64,000 bases of DNA from Candidatus Iainarchaeum sp. (GTDB taxonomy: Archaea; Iainarchaeota; Iainarchaeia; Iainarchaeales; UBA10219). Positions 41,395-49,540 of this stretch are shown piece by piece (position 1 is the first letter of the stretch; each line of letters begins with the position of its first letter). The position numbers and the translations under genes are program-made. The stretch lies in contig JAGVWE010000004.1 in assembly GCA_018304425.1 (NCBI GenBank), forward strand, positions 96,001 to 160,000, read 5' to 3'. The notes beneath the pieces were generated by a model. That model saw nothing but the letters and a program-made list of their open reading frames with translations. It was not told the DNA's origin and made no database searches.

Positions 41395-41438
41395 AAAAAT
41401 AAAAGAAAAAAAGGAGGAAGGGGCGAAAAGCCCCCTTC
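41395..41438 (-). terminator. Hairpin plus U-tract terminator
   Basis: mRNA GGGGC-UUUUC-GCCCC followed by long U runs after the stop at 41443. Confidence 0.6.
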
Positions 41439-41442
41439 GTCC

Positions 41443-43059
41443 TCACGCAGCGGTGTCGACGCAGACCTTCGCGAAGAGGTCGGCGCCCCCGCCCTGCCAA
41501 CTCCCGTTCGCGCAGACCTCGGCCTTCCGGCTCTCGTCATAGCACCGGAATTCTCCTTCCTTGCACTCCTTCTCGCCCGTGAAGGCGCTCACCACGGCCT
41601 GGACGATGTTGCGCCTCCCGCACCCCATCTCAAACTCTTTGGGGTCCTGGCTGCGCACCATCTCCCCGGCGCGGCAGTAGACCACGGTCCGCTCCTCGGG
41701 GTAGCACTTGTACCAGCCTTCCCGGCACGGTTCCCCGAATTTTTCGACGGGCCTCGTGGGCTCCATGGGTTTCATGGGCTCGGTTCGGGGCATGGGGGTG
41801 CCCTTGCCTTCCCCGCCGCTCGACGTTCCAGCCGTCGTTGGCTGGACCGGCATGGGCCTGGGCGGCACCTTTACGCCGGAGCAGTAGGGGGGCTGCTCGA
41901 ACACCGGGTTCCAGTTGCCGCCGCTGCAGACCATGACCTTCACGGCGCCGTCATCGCATTCGCCGCGCGTGGGCGGCACGTAGCCTCTGCACTCCCGAAC
42001 GCAGTACTCGAGTTTCTCCGGGTATTTGCCGTACTCGCGCCTGCACTTGTCCTTGCAGTCATCGGGCGGCAGCTCGATCGGTGTTTGTCTCGCCCACTGG
42101 CACTGGTTCTTCACGCAGCCGCAGCCCAGGCCGTAGTTGCCCGCGTTGTAGCATTGCCTGGCTTCGCAGGTCGTGGCCCTGCTTTCTTCTGACCGGCTCT
42201 GGCACAACTGGCCCGAGCAGCCTCCGCTCGTGCAGTCCGCGTCGGTCTCGCACTTGCCATAGGTCGAGGAACCGCAGAACGCGTCGTTGTCCCCGTCGTC
42301 TCGGGCTTCGCATTCCTCGCGGAGGCAGCGCGCGAAAACCGCTTCGTTGATGCCGACGGTTTTCGCATTGGCGACCGTGGCCGAAACGGTTATCCAGGCC
42401 TTTTGCCTGCACCGTTCCTCGCACGAGCTGCCCGTGTCACTGCGCGTCTCACAGCGTTTCCTGTAACAGTCCTGATAGCCATTGGGGCCCTCGCTGAGGT
42501 AGCACTGGTCCTTGCACGAAATCTCTTGGCCCTCGCACTTGGCTTGTATGCAGAGCCGCGCCTGGTATTCGTCTTTGAACTCGCGCTCACAGTAGCCAGC
42601 ACAACTCTCTATGGGCGCCGGGTCGACGCGTGGCGCGCAGTATTTCGCGTAGTAGTCGGAGGCCGTGTCATACTTCTGGTACTCGCCGTTCTGGCACACC
42701 GTGACACTGTACTGGTCGCACGTGTATGTGCCTTCCCTGCACGTTACCCGGCGCGTCTGACAATACTTTATGTAGTAATCAGAGTCGGTGCCGAATTTCT
42801 GGTATTCGCCGTTCAGGCAGACCGTGACACTGTACTGGTCGCACGTGTATGTGCCTTCCCCGCACGTTGTCTGTGCACCACAATATTTTCTGTAATAGTC
42901 TGATGCCGTGTCATACTTCACGTACTCGCCGTTCTGGCAGACCGCTACGCTGCCCTCGTAACAATTGTAGCTGCCTTCCGCACAGCGCGTGCCTACATCT
43001 TGTGCCGTAACGGTTCCTGCAAGCAGCAACAGGAAACCAACCAGCAAAACTCCCTTCAT
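41443..43059 (-). CDS. Secreted Cys-rich repeat protein with eight-cysteine-cluster domain
   Basis: Signal peptide MKGVLLVG..TAQ; FCGSST.G.C..D.DC..GGCSGQ.C..TTCE..C..C.C..C.W. Confidence 0.82.
   Translation of the reverse strand: MKGVLLVGFLLLLAGTVTAQDVGTRCAEGSYNCYEGSVAVCQNGEYVKYDTASDYYRKYCGAQTTCGEGTYTCDQYSVTVCLNGEYQKFGTDSDYYIKYCQTRRVTCREGTYTCDQYSVTVCQNGEYQKYDTASDYYAKYCAPRVDPAPIESCAGYCEREFKDEYQARLCIQAKCEGQEISCKDQCYLSEGPNGYQDCYRKRCETRSDTGSSCEERCRQKAWITVSATVANAKTVGINEAVFARCLREECEARDDGDNDAFCGSSTYGKCETDADCTSGGCSGQLCQSRSEESRATTCEARQCYNAGNYGLGCGCVKNQCQWARQTPIELPPDDCKDKCRREYGKYPEKLEYCVRECRGYVPPTRGECDDGAVKVMVCSGGNWNPVFEQPPYCSGVKVPPRPMPVQPTTAGTSSGGEGKGTPMPRTEPMKPMEPTRPVEKFGEPCREGWYKCYPEERTVVYCRAGEMVRSQDPKEFEMGCGRRNIVQAVVSAFTGEKECKEGEFRCYDESRKAEVCANGSWQGGGADLFAKVCVDTAA
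42637..42992 (-). repeat. Three tandem coding repeats of about 40 aa (C.EG.Y.C...SV.VC.NGEY.K..T.SDYY.KYC)
   Basis: Near-identical DNA blocks, e.g. accgtgacactgtactggtcgcacgtgtatgtgccttccc twice. Confidence 0.85.
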
Positions 43060-43135
43060 TTCCCCGCCTCCCTGGCTAAAAGCCGTTTTAACCAGCGCCA
43101 ATGTTTTTTTAAACCCGTTTTCGCACCGTTTCCGT

Positions 43136-43588
43136 ATGCCTGCCAAAAGGGCCGCGGAGGAAGAGGCTTTCTGTGAAAGCCTTGCCTCCAAACCCGGGTG
43201 GAAGAAGGACTGGGCGGGAAACCTTTTCGTCGTCCACGAGCACCATGCTTCGCGCCTGCACTGGGACTTTCGCCTGGAACTCGGCGGCGTCTTGAAGTCC
43301 TGGGCCGTGCCCAAGGAGCCCTCCACCGACCCCGCAACCAAGCGCCTGGCGGTTGAAACCGAGGACCACCCGCTGGCCTACGCGCGCTTCGAGGGCAACA
43401 TCCCGGAAGGCAACTACGGTGCCGGCAACGTGAAAATCTGGGACACCGGCAGCTTTGAATTGGCCGAGCGCTCGGACAAAAAAATTGCGGTTGACTTGAA
43501 AGGCAAAAAACTGAAAGGCAAGTTTTTCCTCGTGAAATTCGACCGCGCGGGGCCCAAGAACTGGCTGTTCTTCAAGGGAAAAGAGTGA
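43136..43588 (+). CDS. Stand-alone LigD-type 3'-phosphoesterase
   Basis: FVV.EH.A..LH.DFRLE, SWAVPK, RLAVETEDHPL.Y..FEG.IP...YGAG; TATA about 25 nt upstream (leaderless). Confidence 0.92.
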   Translation: MPAKRAAEEEAFCESLASKPGWKKDWAGNLFVVHEHHASRLHWDFRLELGGVLKSWAVPKEPSTDPATKRLAVETEDHPLAYARFEGNIPEGNYGAGNVKIWDTGSFELAERSDKKIAVDLKGKKLKGKFFLVKFDRAGPKNWLFFKGKE

Positions 43589-43593
43589 GCCCC

Positions 43594-43932
43594 TTATCCA
43601 ATGATTAGCTCGATTTTTTTCTTGGACTCCGGCACCAGCCTTACTTTTGAGCCTTGTTTGAGTTCACAGTATTCTGCAAGGTCTTTGGGAAGGGTTATTG
43701 CAAGCGACCGCCCGGCTGAAATTACGGGTCGGCGAAACGAAAATTTTTGGTTTATCAAGTCGCTCAACTCCTGCATTTGCTTGCCCGTAGCAAATTCTTC
43801 TCCGCATTTGCGGCACTTATAGTAGGGGGATCCCTTTATCGTTATTTTTTCATCCGCCAGTTTCAGGTCTCTAACCCGAAGCTTGGCCATGCCCCCACAC
43901 AAGTGGCAAGTTATTTTACTGTTTTCCGCCAT
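43594..43932 (-). CDS. YgiT/MqsA-type Zn ribbon fused to AbrB domain (putative antitoxin)
   Basis: CxxC..CxxCGEE plus G.SL.IT.PK..A....LK.G..V. Confidence 0.8.
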   Translation of the reverse strand: MAENSKITCHLCGGMAKLRVRDLKLADEKITIKGSPYYKCRKCGEEFATGKQMQELSDLINQKFSFRRPVISAGRSLAITLPKDLAEYCELKQGSKVRLVPESKKKIELIIG

Positions 43933-44183
43933 TTATTCACCTCGTTCTCATTTGATTCCCACAGGGTAAGTACATGGACAAGATTTTTTCTTTCAACCTT
44001 TACAACCGTCAGAAAACAATTCAGCACTTTGAATATTGTTTTGAATTTGTCTTTTCCGGGTTCCCGCAATCGCACCTTTTGTCTGACTACTTCCATTTCA
44101 ATGTCGCCATAGTTTATACCATATTTGGCTGCCTTCTCCGCGAATCTGAGCTGTGCATGGGCCGTCCAGCACACCGTTTGCAT
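43911..44183 (-). CDS. DUF4258/RelE-like putative toxin
   Basis: WT.HA..R N-terminus, V.T C-terminus; overlaps antitoxin; low GC. Confidence 0.65.
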   Translation of the reverse strand: MQTVCWTAHAQLRFAEKAAKYGINYGDIEMEVVRQKVRLREPGKDKFKTIFKVLNCFLTVVKVERKNLVHVLTLWESNENEVNKWRKTVK

Positions 44184-44335
44184 ACTAATCTATTGGCTGG
44201 CCAAGTATATAATCATTACCTTTCACTAATCAGGTAAGTCCGGAAAAAGCCGGGCCCAGGCACTGGCTGTTTTTCAAGGGAAAGGAATAGTCGTCCTTGG
44301 CAATTACGTTTATATAGTGGTTCAGCAACCCTTGT

Positions 44336-45217
44336 TTGGGTGTCCCTCTGCCTTCGAGGAGAATTTCACGCGCGGAAAGAAGAAAGCTTAGCAAGGCAAG
44401 CCGCACGCGCCTTGCGCCTTATTATCGAGGCACTAGGAAACCTTTACCTCCAATGGTGGGAAAGCTTTACCGGCTGCTTTCTAGGATGTATGGGGTGCCT
44501 GTGCGGGAATTGACTCCCGCTTATAGAGGTCAAAACGCCAAGCACCCGATGGTCGTGGCCGAATATGATCCAAAAAGACACGAGCTGCGCGGCGATATCG
44601 AACAGCCACATGTTTATGAGCATGAATTATTTCACAGCTTGCAATTCTTACTTTTGCCAAGCCACATGACGCTGGGTGCCGCCACCCCTTCACGCTTTCG
44701 GCTCTCCAAACTTCGCTCGTCCAAACAAGCAGAACACGAGAATCGATCTAGGGACGCACGAGCATTAGAATTCCAAGAAATTGGTGCAAGTTCGCAGGAC
44801 GCACCACTTAGTAGGGCAATGCCTTACCTTCCTATTCTGAGACCTAAAACTATGCTTGTTTCTGCCGCCTTGCCGCTCGTTTTTGCTTTTTTAGGGACCC
44901 CCGCCTGGGTCGCACTGTCTTCTCTAGCAGGCGGCGCTCTTGTTTCAACTGCGAGCCTTTACCGTCGCTTCAAATGGTTTAACCAGTATTTTGGACGTCA
45001 TGGCCCTGAGTCCCTTTTATTGATATATGCCGACCCCCCAAAAAACGTAAGCCCGCGCCTCTTGCAGCTTAAGGAAGATGAATTCATTGCAAGAGGCTTC
45101 TTGAGTTCCAATGGGGGCCTTACAAAGGCCGGCATGGGGCACATTCGCTTTCTCGTTCCGCGCACGGAGTTAATCCGTAGGTTAAAGGCCGCAAACCGAG
45201 CAATTTCAGGCAAGTAA
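44336..45217 (+). CDS. Hypothetical membrane protein with HExxH motif
   Basis: YEHELFHSLQ, hydrophobic hairpin, Arg-rich N-terminus; low GC. Confidence 0.6.
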   Translation: MGVPLPSRRISRAERRKLSKASRTRLAPYYRGTRKPLPPMVGKLYRLLSRMYGVPVRELTPAYRGQNAKHPMVVAEYDPKRHELRGDIEQPHVYEHELFHSLQFLLLPSHMTLGAATPSRFRLSKLRSSKQAEHENRSRDARALEFQEIGASSQDAPLSRAMPYLPILRPKTMLVSAALPLVFAFLGTPAWVALSSLAGGALVSTASLYRRFKWFNQYFGRHGPESLLLIYADPPKNVSPRLLQLKEDEFIARGFLSSNGGLTKAGMGHIRFLVPRTELIRRLKAANRAISGK

Positions 45218-45231
45218 TGAATGCCGTCAAC

Positions 45232-45651
45232 TCAGCTGAACGACTTCCCGCACCCGCATCCGCCGTGCACGTTCGGGTTTTGCACGGCGAAACCGCTGCC
45301 TTGGAGGCTCTCCAGGTATTCGAGGACCGAGCCCTGCAGCATGGCCCAGCTCTCTTGGTCCACGCAGACCTTGGCCCCGTTCTTTTCAATGACCAAGTCG
45401 TTGGCTTCGGCTTTCTTCTCGAACCACAAGCCGTACGTGAACCCCGAGCAACCGCCCGGCATGATTTTCACGCGCAACAGCCAGCCCTCCTTGTCCTCCT
45501 TCTTGGCGAATTCCAGGATTTTTTTCGCGGCGTTGGAGGTTACTTCCAGCACGCCCTCGGCCTTGGTCTCGCTTTTCTCCGCGGCAGCGTTGCCGACGCT
45601 GGCACACGAGCTATCGATATGATGACCTGATGGCATTCCCATGTCGTTCAT
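45232..45651 (-). CDS. A-type Fe-S carrier (IscA/SufA/ErpA family)
   Basis: GGCSG, NPN....CGCGKSF; start uncertain. Confidence 0.93.
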   Translation of the reverse strand: MNDMGMPSGHHIDSSCASVGNAAAEKSETKAEGVLEVTSNAAKKILEFAKKEDKEGWLLRVKIMPGGCSGFTYGLWFEKKAEANDLVIEKNGAKVCVDQESWAMLQGSVLEYLESLQGSGFAVQNPNVHGGCGCGKSFS

Positions 45652-45705
45652 CCTCCCCAGGATTGGTTACACACTTCATGCAGCCAATCCTTTAAAACCC
45701 TTGTC

Positions 45706-46296
45706 CTAGGCTCCCGGCAGCAACCCGCTGCCGAGGGTCAGGGCCGCCACGCAGTTCCCCATCAGGGGAAGGCCGGGCAGCATGGCCTCGATTTGTTGAC
45801 GGGCCGCCTCGTCAAAGTCGCCTTCCAGGACCCGGGCCTTTCCCGTCTGCAGGTTGGCTTCCACGACCACTTTCTGGCCTTGCACTTGTTGTAAGAGTTC
45901 GGGGTAGGGGCAGGAGGGGCTGAGCCGCACTTCGTACTCGATGCGGTAAACGCTTTCGGCTTGCCGCGTAGTGCGGTCATCTACTCGTGGGTCACAGGCC
46001 TTGGATGCGGCCACGATGGCCTGGGCCTTCGCGGGATCGGTTTCGAGTTTCACGTCCTTGACGAAGCTCTTTGCCAGTTCCGCCACCCGCAAATACTCTT
46101 CCTCGGAACAGTTGCGGGTCTTGTCGAACGCGTTCGCTAACGTCGCCAGCGCCTCGCCTTCCACGGTCTGCTGCCGGGCCAGCGCCTCGGCCTTGGCTTC
46201 CGGGGTTTTCGGCTTGGGTTTGAGGAAGTCAAGTGCCTCCGTGCAGCCCGCCAACAACACGACCACTAATACCAGTGCAACGCCCCCCGCCTTCAT
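45706..46296 (-). CDS. Putative lipoprotein
   Basis: MKAGGVALVLVVVLLAGC lipobox; ATGA overlap with the Rieske gene. Confidence 0.72.
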   Translation of the reverse strand: MKAGGVALVLVVVLLAGCTEALDFLKPKPKTPEAKAEALARQQTVEGEALATLANAFDKTRNCSEEEYLRVAELAKSFVKDVKLETDPAKAQAIVAASKACDPRVDDRTTRQAESVYRIEYEVRLSPSCPYPELLQQVQGQKVVVEANLQTGKARVLEGDFDEAARQQIEAMLPGLPLMGNCVAALTLGSGLLPGA

Positions 46297-46595
46297 GCTT
46301 CCACCCATACCTTGTCGCCCTCGACTTTCACGTTGTACTTGGGCACGCTCACGCTCTTCACCACGGCCGAAACCCCCGTGGTCACGTCGAACTTCCAGCC
46401 ATGCCAGGGGCAGGTGACCACGCAACCGTCCAGCACGCCGTCTCCGAGCGGTCCGCCCTTGTGGGGGCAGGTATTGGCAATCGCGTGGTATTGTCCGTCC
46501 ACCAAAAAGACGGCCACATCCTCGCCGTTGACGCTCACGACCTTGGCCGCGCCTTCCCTGATTTCGTCCACGCGGGCCACTTCCTGCCATGCCAT
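46293..46595 (-). CDS. Rieske-type ferredoxin (NirD-like)
   Basis: CPH..G.L..G, CPWHGW.FD..TG. Confidence 0.93.
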   Translation of the reverse strand: MAWQEVARVDEIREGAAKVVSVNGEDVAVFLVDGQYHAIANTCPHKGGPLGDGVLDGCVVTCPWHGWKFDVTTGVSAVVKSVSVPKYNVKVEGDKVWVEA

Positions 46596-46631
46596 GTCAT
46601 CCCCCCAAGCTTTTGCCTGCATACCCTTTTC

Positions 46632-46937
46632 TTACGCAATTATTTTAATTGCCTTCTTCTCGGGCACCAGGGTTACTCTCCCGTCCTTTTTGAGGCCATA
46701 CTCCTGGGCAAGCGCCTTGGGGATGCGCAGGGCCAGGCTTTCCCCCCACTGGCTGATTTTCGCCGTGTAGCGCTTCATTTCCCGGTATTCCTTGGCGACC
46801 GCGTGCAGTTGGCTCATGTTCACGATTTCCTCGCCACAGGAACCACACTTGAAGTAGGCATAGCCTATTCCTTCCGGGGTCTTGTCCCGCCCTTCCGCCA
46901 TCTTCTTTCCGCATTGTGGGCAATTCATTTCCTTCAC
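46632..46937 (-). CDS. Zn ribbon-AbrB fusion (putative antitoxin)
   Basis: CPQC..CGSCGEE plus WG.SL.LRIPK. Confidence 0.82.
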   Translation of the reverse strand: MKEMNCPQCGKKMAEGRDKTPEGIGYAYFKCGSCGEEIVNMSQLHAVAKEYREMKRYTAKISQWGESLALRIPKALAQEYGLKKDGRVTLVPEKKAIKIIA

Positions 46938-47167
46938 CGCCTGTTTTTTTCGATTGTAACTATCCGAATGGTGTGGCCGACGATTTCATCCACGCAGGAC
47001 GCCGTGAACTCCCTGAAGCGCTTCACGAATTTCACGCGGTCCTTGCCGAAGCGCACCATGCGGCCGGTTTCGATGGTGGCCTCGATGAGGCCTGGATGTA
47101 CTTGCCGCTGTAGCGCCCGCAGGAACGCGTGCCGTTTCAGGAGGACTTCATAGTTGCCCTTGCGCAA
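46934..47167 (-). CDS. DUF4258/RelE-like putative toxin
   Basis: HA..RA..R.V....IE..I..G, I.IVT; GTGA overlap with antitoxin. Confidence 0.7.
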   Translation of the reverse strand: MRKGNYEVLLKRHAFLRALQRQVHPGLIEATIETGRMVRFGKDRVKFVKRFREFTASCVDEIVGHTIRIVTIEKNRR

Positions 47168-47194
47168 GGCACCACACCCCTATTACACCATATG

Positions 47195-47214
47195 AGATAT
47201 ATAAAGATATCTTT
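47195..47214. promoter_or_regulatory. AT-rich palindromes overlapping TATA box (possible antitoxin operator)
   Basis: AGATAT-N6-ATATCT and perfect AAAGATATCTTT upstream of the TA pair. Confidence 0.4.
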
Positions 47215-47289
47215 TAATATCTATCCGTGCTGGCCATGTGGAACAGGCGCTTTACGGGTTTAAATTCCTTTTCCTGGCCAGGTATCCAT

Positions 47290-47967
47290 ATGGTGTCGGG
47301 GACCCAGAGAGCGCTGCTCCTCCTCAGCGGCGGCATCGACAGTCCGGTCGCGGGATGGCTGGCCCGGCAGCGCGGCGTCCACGTGGACTGCATCCACTTC
47401 GCCAACGAGGTCTTCGCCGGCAACGAACCGGAATACAAGTCGCGTCTGCTCGCCAAAAAACTGGGCTTTGGGCAATTCTATTTCGTGGACATCAGTTCCC
47501 TGCTCGCCAGGCTCGCCGGCCACGGCAACCGGAAATACTATTTCGTCTTGATGAAGCGCGCCATGATGAAAATCGCGGAACAAGTCGCGTTGCGCCACGG
47601 CTACGACTTCCTGGTCACGGGGGAGAGCCTGGGCCAGGTCAGCAGCCAGACCCTGAAAAACCTGGCCGTCATCGACAAGTCCACGCGCATCAAAATCGTG
47701 CGGCCGCTGCTCTGCCTCGACAAGGTGGAAATCATTCATTTGGCGGAAAAAATCGGTTCCTTCGACTTGTCCAAGGGAAAAGAGCACTGTGACGCGCTGG
47801 CCACGGGCAAGCCGTCCACGCAGGCCGATGAAGACCTGGTCCTCCAAGACGAGGCCCTGGTCCAACTGGACAAGCTCGTGGCTGAGGCCGTGCAACAAGT
47901 CGTGCAAGAACCCGTGGCCTCGATGAAGGAACCGGAAGCCCCCAGGCACTTGAAGGGCGTGTGCTAA
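47290..47967 (+). CDS. ThiI-like PP-loop sulfurtransferase, catalytic domain only
   Basis: LLSGGIDS.VA, TGESLGQVSSQTL.NL, RPL...DK.EI..A..IG; no THUMP region. Confidence 0.85.
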   Translation: MVSGTQRALLLLSGGIDSPVAGWLARQRGVHVDCIHFANEVFAGNEPEYKSRLLAKKLGFGQFYFVDISSLLARLAGHGNRKYYFVLMKRAMMKIAEQVALRHGYDFLVTGESLGQVSSQTLKNLAVIDKSTRIKIVRPLLCLDKVEIIHLAEKIGSFDLSKGKEHCDALATGKPSTQADEDLVLQDEALVQLDKLVAEAVQQVVQEPVASMKEPEAPRHLKGVC

Positions 47968-47977
47968 ACTGGAACGG

Positions 47978-48550
47978 GTGGCCCCTCGCCTCTTGGCTGA
48001 GACGGTAAAGGAAAATGGAGCCAAACCGGTCGGCTCCCGCTTGGCTCGGATGAGGAACGTCGACCATCGGCTGGAAAAAAAATCGATTCCCCCCTATCCT
48101 GAGACCGGATGGAGATACTATCGCGTCCGGGAGATGGACGTCTCGCGCAATCATCCTGGGCTGAGGGTGGTCATCAAGCGACACCATGGGGGCGGGACCA
48201 CAAGCGCCGAATTGATTCGGGTCGTCCAGAGGGATGTCCGCTGGCACAACAGGGTATTCCGGCACGAGACCAGTTACAAGGTTCTGATGCCCTATGCCCA
48301 TGCGATCCACGACAAGCTCATCGCGATGGCCTGGCTCGGCGCACCGACTTGCAACGAAGTCATTGATCGCCAGACGAAAAGGGGGACGGCGGTGTTCGCC
48401 AAACTCATGCGGAAGGGCGTGACCCGGGAGCGGTTGGAAGAGATCGCCATGTTGGCCGCCGACCGGTTGCGGACCGACACCGAGAATCTGATGCTCGTCG
48501 ACTACGCCCGCGGGAAATTCGTGTTCATGCCCCTCATCGATTATGGATGA
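47978..48550 (+). CDS. Hypothetical protein, possible minimal kinase-like fold
   Basis: VVIK, IAM.WL, D.ENLML, terminal IDYG; start uncertain. Confidence 0.5.
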   Translation: MAPRLLAETVKENGAKPVGSRLARMRNVDHRLEKKSIPPYPETGWRYYRVREMDVSRNHPGLRVVIKRHHGGGTTSAELIRVVQRDVRWHNRVFRHETSYKVLMPYAHAIHDKLIAMAWLGAPTCNEVIDRQTKRGTAVFAKLMRKGVTRERLEEIAMLAADRLRTDTENLMLVDYARGKFVFMPLIDYG

Positions 48551-48616
48551 GAGGAACGTGCGCCTGGTTGTCGGATTTCCTGCTGAAATAGAAGCGGCTG
48601 GACACGTGCCTGGGGC

Positions 48617-49045
48617 TCACCGCAGCCGTCGCAGTTTTTCCTCGTAGCCTCTTTGGAGGATGGCAATCGGTTTCCTGTCCTCGTAGCCGGTGTCGAGGCG
48701 GTGCCAGGCCGTGATTTCCTTTTCGTCGAGCTTCCAGCAGAGGTAAACGTCTTCGTCGTCCAGGCGGTGGTAGAAGTCCACGAGGCCCTTTTCCAGGTCC
48801 TTGACGATGCACCCCATCTTCACCAGTTCCTCCATGAGCGAAAAGAATTCGACGGACTGGAGGTGGAATTCCTTGTTGGCGTTGATCATGAGCAACTCGT
48901 TTTCCAGGCTTTCCTCGAGGGGCTCCAGGTTCATTTGGCTGATGGCGTTGATGTCCTCGTTGAGCTTCATGACCCGCTCGAGTTTGGGCCGGATTTCCGC
49001 CAGTAATTCATTGGCTTCCTCGACCGTGAAATAAATCTTGCTCAT
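48617..49045 (-). CDS. DUF2203 family protein
   Basis: FT.EEAN.LL, G..VKD...GLVDF, LCWK..E..I..WH....GY..RKPI. Confidence 0.88.
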   Translation of the reverse strand: MSKIYFTVEEANELLAEIRPKLERVMKLNEDINAISQMNLEPLEESLENELLMINANKEFHLQSVEFFSLMEELVKMGCIVKDLEKGLVDFYHRLDDEDVYLCWKLDEKEITAWHRLDTGYEDRKPIAILQRGYEEKLRRLR

Positions 49046-49113
49046 ACTCCATCAATGGAATGAGCGACGGGTATTTAAAGATTTTTTTCAAGGCGTTTGA
49101 CTGAAATTTCCCG

Positions 49114-49536
49114 TCAGATTTTGATGCCCGCCACCACGTGCGTCTGCTGCGGGTCATTCCGGTAGGCCCGCATGCCTTCCTTCAAGACGTGCAAGCCCAG
49201 CAACGCGCACTTGACCCTGGTTTCAATGATGTTGCCAAGCACTTCGAACAAATCAGCGGGCGTCAAGTGCGTGATTTCTTCAGGGGATTTGCCTTTCACG
49301 AGCTCGGTCACCAGGCTTTCCGCGGCCCGGCTAATGGCGCAGCCCTGCCCGTTAAACCGTATCTCGGCGACTTTCCCGGTTTCCGCGTCAAACCGGACGT
49401 CAAACGCCACTTCGTCCCCGCACAAAGGGTTTCCCCCTGCCAGGTGCAGGTCCGGCTTCTCCAGGCTGCCGAAGTTCACGGGGTTCCTGTACAAGTCCAG
49501 GATGACCTCGGAATAGATGTCCTTCAACTCGACCAC
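49114..49536 (-). CDS. sufU: SufU/IscU-like Fe-S scaffold
   Basis: NPLCGD, G.GCAIS.A, RVKCA.L. Confidence 0.9.
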   Translation of the reverse strand: MVELKDIYSEVILDLYRNPVNFGSLEKPDLHLAGGNPLCGDEVAFDVRFDAETGKVAEIRFNGQGCAISRAAESLVTELVKGKSPEEITHLTPADLFEVLGNIIETRVKCALLGLHVLKEGMRAYRNDPQQTHVVAGIKI

Positions 49537-49540
49537 GCGT

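Noticed and set aside
42637-42992. CRISPR-like or DGR template repeats
   Set aside because: In-frame coding repeats; differences not adenine-specific; no reverse transcriptase
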